A stretch of DNA of 38,028 nt from a virus. Taxonomy: Duplodnaviria; Caudoviricetes. Position numbers and translations under genes: made by a program. Within the stretch, counting starts at the first letter, position 1, and every line of letters starts with the position of its first letter. Positions 1 to 7,884 of this stretch are shown in pieces. The stretch is taken from positions 1 to 38,028 of the IMG/VR virus record IMGVR_UViG_3300027283_000004, one strand, 5' to 3'. The notes beneath the pieces were generated by a model. It saw nothing but the letters and a program-made list of their open reading frames with translations. It searched no databases and was not told the origin of the DNA.

Positions 1-259
1 GTCGCCCCCTTGGGCGATGATCCCCTCGCCAGCCTGCCGCCCGTCGCGGCAGTCTGATCAACCCGGCCAAGCCTGCCGGAGATCAAACGGCGACGGCGCT
101 GTTACACCAATCCAAGGGACACGATCGACTGCGCCATGGGCCTCCCGGGGCGAGATTGCCTATTCCACGCCATCTGAAAGCCCTGTGAGCGTTCCTGCGA
201 GCCGGCTTGCTCAATGAGTATTCCTCTCGCAAAACTCTGCAAGCTCCCCGACTGGCTTG

Positions 260-1351
260 ATGGTCGTCGTGCGCCTGAAAAACATCAACAAGGTCCGCAG
301 CCGCAGGCGCCTATACTTTTACCACCGGAAGACCGGAACGCGCCTACCCGGTGACCCGGCATCTGCCGAGTTCCACGAGGCCTGGAAGGCGGAGGAGAGC
401 AAGGCAGCAGGCCTCAACACGGCGCCTCTGCGTGGCACCCTCGGCGGCCTGATGCACGCTTACAAAGGGTCGCCCGAGTTTCAGCGCCTCGCAGACCGGA
501 CCAAGACGGACTACCACGGCGTCATGAACTGGTTGGCGAAGGTAGACGACGTGGCACTGACCTCGTTGGATTCCCGCTTGGTCATTGCTCTAAGGGACAA
601 GGCTTTCGATAAACGCAAGCGCCGCTTTGCAAACTACGTGCGTGACGTGCTGTCTATCCTGTGCAGTTGGGGAAAGCCACGCGGCTTCATCGGCCAAAAT
701 CCCGCCGATGGAGTCGGGCGGATTCGCAAACCTCGAGACGCGCCAGTGGCAAACCGGCCATGGAAGCCGGTGGAACTCGAAACGGTTCTGGCCCACGCCA
801 GCGGCCCGCTACGCGCTGCCATCGCACTGGGCGCCTTCGCAGCGCTGCGCGAGGGTGACGCCATCACGCTGACCTGGAACGCCTATGACGGAAATGCGAT
901 TGAGGGCCGAACACGCAAGACCGGTGAGCCCCTGTGGCTGCCCGCACCAAAGCGTTTGCAAGAAGTTCTGAGTGCCACGGAGCGTTCGGGCGTCCAGATA
1001 GTCGTAGGGCGGAAGGGTCCGTACACGGAGAGCGGCTTCCGTGCCAGCTTCTTTGCGCTGCTGCGCCGCCTGAAGGCTCAGGGCCTGATAGAAGATGGCC
1101 TCACTTTCCACGGCCTCCGTCACACAGCGGCGACAGCCTTGGCCGATGCCGGCTGCGATACCCGCGACATCATGGCAGTGACCGGCCACGCCACTGAAGC
1201 CATGGCTGCTCGCTACACCGAACAAGCCGACCAAAAAGCCCGTGCGACGGCTGCCGTGGCTAAGCTCGATTTGGCACACGCACGAACGGAACGTGGCCAA
1301 GGTTTGCAAAACATCCCGGAAAAAGCTGCAAAACAAACTAAGGGGTTATGA
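260..1351 (+). CDS. int: Tyrosine recombinase / phage integrase
   Basis: Catalytic motifs ALREGD (R), TFHGLRHT (HxxR), VTGH (H) and AARY (Y); N-terminal arm-binding-like segment YFYHRKTGTRLPGDP. Start taken at ATG 260 (TTG 257 is the alternative). Confidence 0.95.
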   Translation: MVVVRLKNINKVRSRRRLYFYHRKTGTRLPGDPASAEFHEAWKAEESKAAGLNTAPLRGTLGGLMHAYKGSPEFQRLADRTKTDYHGVMNWLAKVDDVALTSLDSRLVIALRDKAFDKRKRRFANYVRDVLSILCSWGKPRGFIGQNPADGVGRIRKPRDAPVANRPWKPVELETVLAHASGPLRAAIALGAFAALREGDAITLTWNAYDGNAIEGRTRKTGEPLWLPAPKRLQEVLSATERSGVQIVVGRKGPYTESGFRASFFALLRRLKAQGLIEDGLTFHGLRHTAATALADAGCDTRDIMAVTGHATEAMAARYTEQADQKARATAAVAKLDLAHARTERGQGLQNIPEKAAKQTKGL

Positions 1352-1372
1352 CCTGTCTGGTCATAACCCCTT
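1340..1372. terminator. Intrinsic terminator-like hairpin, possibly bidirectional
   Basis: Perfect 14-bp stem AAGGGGTTATGACC/GGTCATAACCCCTT with a 5-nt loop; T-rich on both flanks; overlaps the integrase stop. Confidence 0.8.
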
Positions 1373-1380
1373 GTTTTAAT

Positions 1381-1425
1381 TGGTAGCGGAGGAGAGACTC
1401 GAACTCCCGACACGCGGATTATGAT
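1381..1425 (-). pseudogene. 3' half of tRNA-Met(CAT), the att core
   Basis: Minus strand reads ATCATAATCCGCGTGTCGGGAGTTCGAGTCTCTCCTCCGCTACCA: anticodon loop CAT, T-arm GTTCGA and CCA end. The D-arm and 5' acceptor strand are missing. Confidence 0.9.
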
Positions 1426-1529
1426 GCTGCGGTTCAGCCTGCAATATCAGCGTCTTATTTGGAAAACTGACCCGTTCTAGATGTCACAGATCAATGGCTT
1501 ACGGGGGTTTTGGAAAACCATAAAAAGCC

Positions 1530-2012
1530 CTACTCCCCCACCGCCCGCGCATAGTCCTGGCACGCCAGCAACTGCGCCGTCACGGTGTCGATCCCGGCTC
1601 GGAGGTCGAGATAAGCCGCCCGAGCATCGGCGGTAAGTTCGGGGGCGCCTCCATTACCCAGGCCGGCGGCGCCGGGGGCGGTGGGCACAGGAGCGGGGCA
1701 GGTTGCAGCGAGGCGCAGGCGGCGACGGCCGGCATCAAGATCAGCGCGCAGAGCATCCGTTTCACGGCGGGCCTCCATGAGGTCTTTGGTTCGGGCGGCG
1801 TCGATGCCGGCCACCCGGCGGTTGAGGTGGGCAGCAAGGCGCATGGCCTCGGCCTGCGAGGCTGCCAGCGCGTCGGCGTGGGTGCGTTCGGCTGTGGCGT
1901 GGCGGGCCTCCCACCGCCAACCGTTGACGGTCCAGCCGACTGCGAACGTTGCAGCGAGGACGGCGACCACCACCACGGCATAGACCCACGGGGGGGTGGC
2001 GCGGCCGATCAT
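1530..2012 (-). CDS. Rz-like i-spanin
   Basis: N-terminal TM (WVYAVVVVAVLAATFAVGW), coiled coil, LRADLDAGRRRLRL..C motif, C-terminal QLLACQDY; follows the endolysin. Confidence 0.9.
   Translation of the reverse strand: MIGRATPPWVYAVVVVAVLAATFAVGWTVNGWRWEARHATAERTHADALAASQAEAMRLAAHLNRRVAGIDAARTKDLMEARRETDALRADLDAGRRRLRLAATCPAPVPTAPGAAGLGNGGAPELTADARAAYLDLRAGIDTVTAQLLACQDYARAVGE
1580..1765 (-). CDS. Rz1-like o-spanin lipoprotein embedded in Rz
   Basis: GTG start with GGAGG 7 nt upstream; MKRMLCALILMPAVAAC lipobox, then Pro-rich CPPPPAPPAWVMEAPPN; alternate frame inside Rz. Confidence 0.85.
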   Translation of the reverse strand: MKRMLCALILMPAVAACASLQPAPLLCPPPPAPPAWVMEAPPNLPPMLGRLISTSEPGSTP

Positions 2013-2473
2013 GGCGCGGATCCAATGCACAGCCGGTACTCGGCCTTCCGCCGATTCACCAGCCCCTGCACCACACGGCCACCAGCCCGGTTCCAACGCA
2101 GGATTTCCGCGCAGGCCCCGACATAGTCGCCCGCGTTCAGCTTGCGAACCAGCGTGGACCGGCAGAATGCCCCCGGCCCTATATTGTACGAAATCGAAAC
2201 GAGTGCGTCGTACTCATGTTGGTGCAGCGGGACCTTGACACACCGCCTAAGCGCCCCCTCGAACGCCTGCACATCCGTCTTTGCGCGCGCCATAGCTTCC
2301 GGCTTGGTGATCGTGTCGCCCATCTTGACGCCCTCGGTGGTGCCGTAGCCGATGGTCGGCACGCCCGCAACGTCGCGGTAGGCGGTGCCGCTGTAGCCTT
2401 CCCATCCGACGATGCCGGCCAGACCAGCAGCAGACAGGGTGAGCACGGCGAGCGTGGTGCGGAGGGGGCTCAT
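2009..2473 (-). CDS. Endolysin, T4-like GH24 lysozyme, probably SAR type
   Basis: E-x8-D-x5-T triad (EGYSGTAYRDVAGVPT), YNIG and GLVNRRKAE motifs; Ala/Gly-rich hydrophobic N-terminus. Confidence 0.93.
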   Translation of the reverse strand: MSPLRTTLAVLTLSAAGLAGIVGWEGYSGTAYRDVAGVPTIGYGTTEGVKMGDTITKPEAMARAKTDVQAFEGALRRCVKVPLHQHEYDALVSISYNIGPGAFCRSTLVRKLNAGDYVGACAEILRWNRAGGRVVQGLVNRRKAEYRLCIGSAP

Positions 2474-2727
2474 TGCGCATCCTCCCGCCGGGCGCGCACC
2501 TTGTCGCGGATCGTCATGATCTGCACGACCAGCACCGTCAGCCCGACCAAGATGCCGATGCTGACGGAGATTGTGGAGAGCAGGCCGTTGTACTGAGCGA
2601 TGCCATCCATCCACGCCGGGGCAGTCACGCCCCCGGCAGAGACAGCGGCCCCGGTTGGCGCTTTCGACGCGACAAATTGCACGCGCTCCACAATGGAGGC
2701 GCCGGTTTCAATGCGATGTGGTGCCAT
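2470..2727 (-). CDS. Putative holin/pinholin
   Basis: 85 aa, one strong and one weak hydrophobic segment, basic C-terminus; stop overlaps the endolysin start. Confidence 0.7.
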   Translation of the reverse strand: MAPHRIETGASIVERVQFVASKAPTGAAVSAGGVTAPAWMDGIAQYNGLLSTISVSIGILVGLTVLVVQIMTIRDKVRARREDAQ

Positions 2728-2754
2728 GTGCGGCGTCTCCGTGGTGCGGGCATC

Positions 2755-2778
2755 AAAAAACCCCGCACTCTGGCGGGG
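2755..2778 (-). terminator. Intrinsic terminator
   Basis: Minus strand CCCCGC-cagagt-GCGGGG-TTTTTT. Confidence 0.8.
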
Positions 2779-2803
2779 CGGGGGTCGTCGTGCTGGCGCG
2801 CGG

Positions 2804-3151
2804 TCAAGCCGGCGGCACCGGCCACTCGACAGCCGCCGGGAACCCCGCCTGCGCCGGCACGTCGCGCAGGCCCTGGCGGTACGTCGTCCACGCCGCGCGC
2901 TGCTCGGCAGCCAGTGGAGAGTCCGGCATCTGCGTCCAGTCGCAGGCCGTCAGCAGGCGGTCGCGGTCCTTACGGATAACATGGGCAGCATTACTTATGA
3001 GCCACGCGCCGTAAGCCAATTCGAGAGCCGACCACGGGGGTTTGGGCCGGGCATCCTGCCAGTCCAGAGAGGCGTAGCTGTCAGGGTCCAATGGTAGCCC
3101 GGAGTACAGGGCTTCCGGAACAATGAGATTAATAGAAAGCTCAATATCCAT
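2804..3151 (-). CDS. Tail fibre assembly chaperone
   Basis: RDRLL..CDWTQMPDSPL...W..YRQ.LRDVP.Q.GFP..VEWP motif typical of Tfa-like chaperones. Confidence 0.9.
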   Translation of the reverse strand: MDIELSINLIVPEALYSGLPLDPDSYASLDWQDARPKPPWSALELAYGAWLISNAAHVIRKDRDRLLTACDWTQMPDSPLAAEQRAAWTTYRQGLRDVPAQAGFPAAVEWPVPPA

Positions 3152-3154
3152 TTC

Positions 3155-4537
3155 CTATCCCACCTTCTTGATTATTAATTCAGAGTATACTTCGACCTCG
3201 CCAAAGCTGGTGGATACCCCAAGACCGTCTGTTGCCTTCGTCGTCACGCAACGGTGCTGTAGCTCTATCTGCGACTCTGCCATTAGTTGTATTTTTCCGG
3301 CAACGAGAACAGCCCCACCTGTAGAGGCCGCGACATATGAGCTTTGACCTACCAAAAGACTAGAGCTTTCGGTGATATTATAGAGCCGGGCCTTGTGCTG
3401 GGTCACGGCGTGACCATGTGCCCACGCCCACACCTCGTACTGTCCGATAGGTAGGGTGAGTCGTCCAGCGGAGAGGGAGGCCCCCGGTATTTCGGCAGTT
3501 TTTAGGGTGTTGAGGGCTCGCGTCCTCCAAGCGCCTGAGGTCAGTGATCCGCCTGGGGTGCCGCTCGGCTGCTCCTCTCTGGCGTGCACCAACGGGGACG
3601 CCCCCTCCACAAGCAAATTTCCAGCCGCCCCCCGCACATCCACAGCCTCGGCTGCCGTCGTCACCAGCCCGGTCGCGCCGACGTAGCCCACATCAGGCTC
3701 GGTCCCGGTGCCGCCGGTCCAGCCGGTAACGCGCAGCACGCGCCGCTCGCCGTCAACCTCGACGACCAGGGCGGGCGACCAGCCATCACCGCCATCGAGT
3801 CCGGCCAGACCTTGCGCGCCATCCGCCCCCGCAGCCCCGTCAGCCCCGGCCGGGCCCTGGGCACCCTGTGGACCATCAGCGCCCGCCACTCCCTGCGGAC
3901 CCTGCGACCCGGTCGGACCCTGCGCCCCCGCCGGACCAGTCGGCCCCTGCACGCCGGTAAACTGACCGTAGCCCTGCCACCCATTACCGGACGTCCACCC
4001 GATCAGGATGAGCGACTGATCGCCAGCCAGTGCCGCCGGAGCATTGAGGTCCGCGCGCAAGTCGCCATCGGGATTTACGACGTAGACAAACGGCACGCCC
4101 GCAACCTCGGTGGACGCCACAAGCGCGTCGGTCAGGTTGCCGTAGCCATCGGGGATCAAGCCCGCACCCTGGGGACCGGCGGGGCCTTGGATGCCGTCCG
4201 CGCCAGCGGGGCCAACTGCGCCCTGCGGCCCGTCTGCGCCAGTCGGGCCTTGGGCGCCAGCCTGACCGGCCGGACCCTCCGGCCCCACATCACCCGCCGG
4301 CCCCCGCACGATGGCCGTCACGTCCTGCCACGCCGCACCGTCCCACCGCTCGAACGTCGCGCCGACACCGATCAGCATGTCAGCCGCCAGCTTGTCGGGG
4401 GCCGCCACGAAATAGGCGTCGCGCTCGGTGGTGTCGGCAAAGAAGTTGTCGTCAGCAACGGTCAGCGCGCCATCACCCCCACCGCCACCGGCAGTGACGG
4501 AAAACGGCGCGGCCGCGGAAAAGGGCGAGCCCATCAC
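3155..4537 (-). CDS. Collagen-like fibre protein with C-terminal beta-sandwich domain
   Basis: Two long Gly-X-Y blocks; C-terminal globular domain; followed by a fibre chaperone gene. Confidence 0.85.
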   Translation of the reverse strand: MMGSPFSAAAPFSVTAGGGGGDGALTVADDNFFADTTERDAYFVAAPDKLAADMLIGVGATFERWDGAAWQDVTAIVRGPAGDVGPEGPAGQAGAQGPTGADGPQGAVGPAGADGIQGPAGPQGAGLIPDGYGNLTDALVASTEVAGVPFVYVVNPDGDLRADLNAPAALAGDQSLILIGWTSGNGWQGYGQFTGVQGPTGPAGAQGPTGSQGPQGVAGADGPQGAQGPAGADGAAGADGAQGLAGLDGGDGWSPALVVEVDGERRVLRVTGWTGGTGTEPDVGYVGATGLVTTAAEAVDVRGAAGNLLVEGASPLVHAREEQPSGTPGGSLTSGAWRTRALNTLKTAEIPGASLSAGRLTLPIGQYEVWAWAHGHAVTQHKARLYNITESSSLLVGQSSYVAASTGGAVLVAGKIQLMAESQIELQHRCVTTKATDGLGVSTSFGEVEVYSELIIKKVG

Positions 4538-4860
4538 AACACCTCGCTACGTTCGGGCGTGACCAGCGTCACGGTCACGTTGGTTGCTGCGCCGGCGCCG
4601 GTCAGGACGGCGCGGATCTCGTGGCACCAGATGCCGAGATTGCCCAGGCCGGTGGCGGTCAAAGCCGAGCCCGGCACCGCCACCCAGTCGTCGCCCGCCG
4701 CACCGCGCGCCTCCAGCGCCACGGTCCCGCCGTTGAGGGTGCCGGTCACGTAGACCGTCCCGGTGATCGGCGTACCGAACTGCGCAAAGCCGGCATCTGG
4801 CCTCACGCGCACAGCCTCGCCAGGCCCGTCTGCCTGGGCGTTTGTCAAAAGTCGCGGCAT
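4534..4860 (-). CDS. Small beta-rich virion protein, possible fibre adaptor or decoration protein
   Basis: ATG preceded by GGAGG; Gly/Thr/Val-rich strands; stop overlaps the collagen gene start. Confidence 0.6.
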   Translation of the reverse strand: MPRLLTNAQADGPGEAVRVRPDAGFAQFGTPITGTVYVTGTLNGGTVALEARGAAGDDWVAVPGSALTATGLGNLGIWCHEIRAVLTGAGAATNVTVTLVTPERSEVL

Positions 4861-4872
4861 CGCATCCTCCAT

Positions 4873-4897
4873 AAAAAAGCCCCGCACGCTGGCGGGG
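4873..4897 (-). terminator. Intrinsic terminator
   Basis: Minus strand CCCCGC-cagcgt-GCGGGG-cTTTTTT. Confidence 0.8.
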
Positions 4898-4929
4898 TGA
4901 ACGGTCAAGCAATCATTGACGGTTGGGGT

Positions 4930-6384
4930 TTACGTCGCGCTCACTGCCGCCCCCAGGGGCACACGGCGCCAGTCAGTCCCATCGCTCAGTGCAAGGCACG
5001 GCGCCCCCGCGTCCCCGTCGCTGACATGGACCAGCCCCCGCGCGTGGTCGGCGGCGGCGGGCAGCCCGGCCACGGCGTAGGTCGGCACCCGCGCAATCCC
5101 CGCCGCGCCGTCCGTGGTCTGTGCCGGGGTGACGGCCCGGAACGCGCCGGCCCCGTCATCCCAGGCCAGCACCTGCCCGGCCGTCGGCGTCAACGCAGGG
5201 TCCACGTCGGCCAAATGCCGCAGGGCCAGTGCATCGCCCGCCACGCGATAGCCGTCAGACAGGTCGAGCACGCCCAGGGCATACGTCATGACGCCGGGGC
5301 CACTAATCCACACCCAAGCCGCGTGAGCATCAACTTCCCCGGCCGCCGAGACCAGCGTCACGACCTGCTGCCCGTAGGACGGACTCCAGCCCGGCCCGTA
5401 ATACTGCCGGTCCACCACATCACCCGGAGGGGCAAAAACGAACGCCAAGTCGGGGACATGGTCGTTGACGTAATCCCCCACGTCGGCCGTGCGGTGACGC
5501 GTCACGGCCCACGCCCCGGCCGCCGTTGTAAAGACCGCCACCTCCCCGCCGTCCACGGTCCAGGATTTACCGTCCGACGCGACGGACAAGTCAAATCCCG
5601 TCAAGCAAAGCGCGGTTCCGGGGGGTACGGTCCCCGGTCCCGGCAGCGTGAGAGTCCCGGAACTGGCAAACAGCAGCGCCCCGGCGTCGGCGGTTGTGGC
5701 GGTGTAGGGCAACGTCGGATACTCGACCCGGTCCCAGCCGCTGCCCGCACCACCACCGCCACCCGAGAACCGGACCACCCAACCCGTCACAGTGCCTGAC
5801 CCGGTGCGTGGAGCGGCATCAACCACCAGCGCGCCGGCCCCGTCATAACTGATTATCGTCGCATCCATGCTGGCCGTCAGGTTGATCGCTTCCAAGCGCA
5901 CGCCCATGCCCGGCCCGAACGTCAGACCGCTCGGCACGGCCACGGTCTTTTGACCAGCCGTCACCGTCAGCGTGGACGGAGACAGCGCCCCCAGCCCGGC
6001 CAGCACGACCCACCGGCCAGCGGCGTAGTCGGTCCACCAGTCGGCCAAGGTCGCGGACGCGGAGACGTTGTGCGCGATCACGCAACCCATGACCATGCCG
6101 GCCACGCTGGCAATATCGCCGGTCGCGTAGGTCGCACCGGGGGTCCAGTCGCCGCGCGCGTTTAGCCGGGCGCTCGGCAGGGAGACGGTGCCGAGGATGG
6201 TCCCCTCGGAACCCGTAAAGATCAAGCTGTTGCCCGACCGCGTGACCTCGGCCAGGGACTCGCCCTCGGCAGTGGCGGTCACGACGGCCTCGAGGGCGGC
6301 CTTGAGCGCGAGGAAATTGGCGTCCATTTCGGCATGCGTGAGGGCCGCGCCTTTGCCGGCGCGCGTGATGATGGTCACGGTCAT
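4930..6384 (-). CDS. Tail fibre / tail tip protein
   Basis: N-terminal KGAALTHAEMDANF fibre-anchor motif, RGDWTPGATYATGD (CBM5/12-like), GQVLAWD knob motif. Confidence 0.75.
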   Translation of the reverse strand: MTVTIITRAGKGAALTHAEMDANFLALKAALEAVVTATAEGESLAEVTRSGNSLIFTGSEGTILGTVSLPSARLNARGDWTPGATYATGDIASVAGMVMGCVIAHNVSASATLADWWTDYAAGRWVVLAGLGALSPSTLTVTAGQKTVAVPSGLTFGPGMGVRLEAINLTASMDATIISYDGAGALVVDAAPRTGSGTVTGWVVRFSGGGGGAGSGWDRVEYPTLPYTATTADAGALLFASSGTLTLPGPGTVPPGTALCLTGFDLSVASDGKSWTVDGGEVAVFTTAAGAWAVTRHRTADVGDYVNDHVPDLAFVFAPPGDVVDRQYYGPGWSPSYGQQVVTLVSAAGEVDAHAAWVWISGPGVMTYALGVLDLSDGYRVAGDALALRHLADVDPALTPTAGQVLAWDDGAGAFRAVTPAQTTDGAAGIARVPTYAVAGLPAAADHARGLVHVSDGDAGAPCLALSDGTDWRRVPLGAAVSAT

Positions 6385-7526
6385 GGTGCAGGTGTCCTTC
6401 TCTTAAGGGCGAGAACGTGTGTATCGCCGGCCGCCATACCACTGAATCCCGCGCCAACTAAAATTGGCGTTGAACTACTGTCAGTTCCGCCATACCCAAG
6501 AGCTCCATACGCATTGAGTCCCCATGTGTACAGACGACCATCTTCACGAAGCGCGACCGAATACCTATCGCCGGCTGAGGCACGCATCCACCCGGATCCG
6601 ATAAGCGTCGGGGTGTTTCGGTCAATTGTGTCGCCCGTCCCCAGTTGTCCGACGTTATTATGACCCCATGCGTAAAGGTCCCCGTCTGTAGTGACACCGA
6701 GCGAGTGCGCGCGCGAACCAACCACCCCCCCCAGCAGTGCAAAAGATCCGCAGTTTGCCGCAGAAACATTACTCCACAGTAGGCCCGGAACCGGAGTTGG
6801 TGTATTGCGCAATACATCATCACCAAGACCCAACTGCCCCTGATGATTGGCACCCCATGCGTAGAGTTCGCCGTCCATGGTGATGCCGAGGGAGTGGTCA
6901 CCCCCGGCCGCCACGTGCGCCATCGGCGGGGTTGAGATTAACCTCGGCGGTAACGAGAAGCCTGTCAAAGGGCCATGTTCCCCAGTCCCAAGCTTTCCGA
7001 AGGTGTTGTCACCCCACACATAAACCTGACCCGCGTCATTTATGGCGAGATAGTGCCAGCCATGGTCTCGGCCGGGCCCTGTGTATGTGCTGAACCCGCC
7101 AGCGGCCACGAACTTCCAGGCGCCCGCAGCAGCAAGGGTGGGGTTGTATGGCGCGGGGCTGGTATTGGTGACACCACCCGTCCACCAATAAAGCCCACCA
7201 TCCTTGGAGATTCCCGCCGACTGCTCTCCACCGGCGGCAATCATGGACCATTTTTTGCTGCCGATTATCGTCGGTAGAGAGGGTCTCACGTACCCCCAAC
7301 CATACAGCGACCCGTCGCTGGCGATACCTATGGAGTGCCACTTACCAGCAGCCACCGACCTCCAGGACAGTCCATCAACATGGACCGGACTGTATTTGTC
7401 CGCAGTGGTGCCTAATCCTAATTGCCCATACGCGTTCCCGCCCCACGCCCACAACTCTCCCCGCCTCCACCCCACATTTCCAATCCGCTGAAACGGGTCC
7501 AGGCGCACCGGCACGAAATCAGCCAT
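6381..7526 (-). CDS. RCC1/BLIP-II repeat beta-propeller protein, putative receptor-binding protein
   Basis: About seven repeats of AG..HS.....DG.LY.WG.N..GQLG.G. Confidence 0.92.
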   Translation of the reverse strand: MADFVPVRLDPFQRIGNVGWRRGELWAWGGNAYGQLGLGTTADKYSPVHVDGLSWRSVAAGKWHSIGIASDGSLYGWGYVRPSLPTIIGSKKWSMIAAGGEQSAGISKDGGLYWWTGGVTNTSPAPYNPTLAAAGAWKFVAAGGFSTYTGPGRDHGWHYLAINDAGQVYVWGDNTFGKLGTGEHGPLTGFSLPPRLISTPPMAHVAAGGDHSLGITMDGELYAWGANHQGQLGLGDDVLRNTPTPVPGLLWSNVSAANCGSFALLGGVVGSRAHSLGVTTDGDLYAWGHNNVGQLGTGDTIDRNTPTLIGSGWMRASAGDRYSVALREDGRLYTWGLNAYGALGYGGTDSSSTPILVGAGFSGMAAGDTHVLALKRRTPAP

Positions 7527-7884
7527 GGGACAGTCTCCATTCCACCTGTTCACCACCCGGCCCGCGCATCAACAGCGTCTCGACCCGCTCAACGTCCACG
7601 TACTGCTCGGGATCCTCGGGGTTTTCCACCCGCACAGTCGAGGTTGTGCGGGCGATTTCAGTCCACACGGCCGGGCCTGCGGGGGGCGGGTCGTCGTCTT
7701 CTTCTCCGATCGGCGGCGGCCCGTATTCTCTTCGCGGCGGGGCCGGAACACCGGCCCGCCAGCCCGTTGCTGTGGAGACGGGGTCCGTGCGTCGGTTCGG
7801 CAGATCTGGCGACGTGTACCCCGCCGGCCTGTCGCGCACCGTGGCCGCACGGACGCCCGCAACATCACGCTCCTGGGTCGTCAT
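7519..7884 (-). CDS. Tail tip region hypothetical protein
   Basis: Coupled to neighbours; WTEIARTTSTVRVENPEDPEQYVDVERVE. Confidence 0.7.
   Translation of the reverse strand: MTTQERDVAGVRAATVRDRPAGYTSPDLPNRRTDPVSTATGWRAGVPAPPRREYGPPPIGEEDDDPPPAGPAVWTEIARTTSTVRVENPEDPEQYVDVERVETLLMRGPGGEQVEWRLSHG

Larger units (their letters stand above)
1303..1518 (+). promoter_or_regulatory. att arm region with integrase arm-type repeats and IHF-like sites
   Basis: TTTGCAAAAC 1303, CTGCAAAAC 1326, TTTGGAAAAC 1458 and 1509; gATCAAtggcTTA 1489-1501 and TATCAGcgtcTTA 1445-1457 each match WATCAANNNNTTR with one mismatch. Confidence 0.6.

Noticed and set aside
17-217. Excisionase upstream of the integrase
   Set aside because: The ORF has no HTH/AlpA-like pattern and no SD
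1381-1460. Intact tRNA gene
   Set aside because: Similarity stops at the anticodon loop; no D-arm or 5' acceptor strand
3584-5799. 389- and 392-aa plus-strand ORFs opposite the fibre genes
   Set aside because: Arg/Pro-rich antisense translation of GC-rich repeats
3155-7526. Diversity-generating retroelement or invertible tail fibre system
   Set aside because: No reverse transcriptase, TR/VR pair, invertase or flanking inverted sites seen in the window
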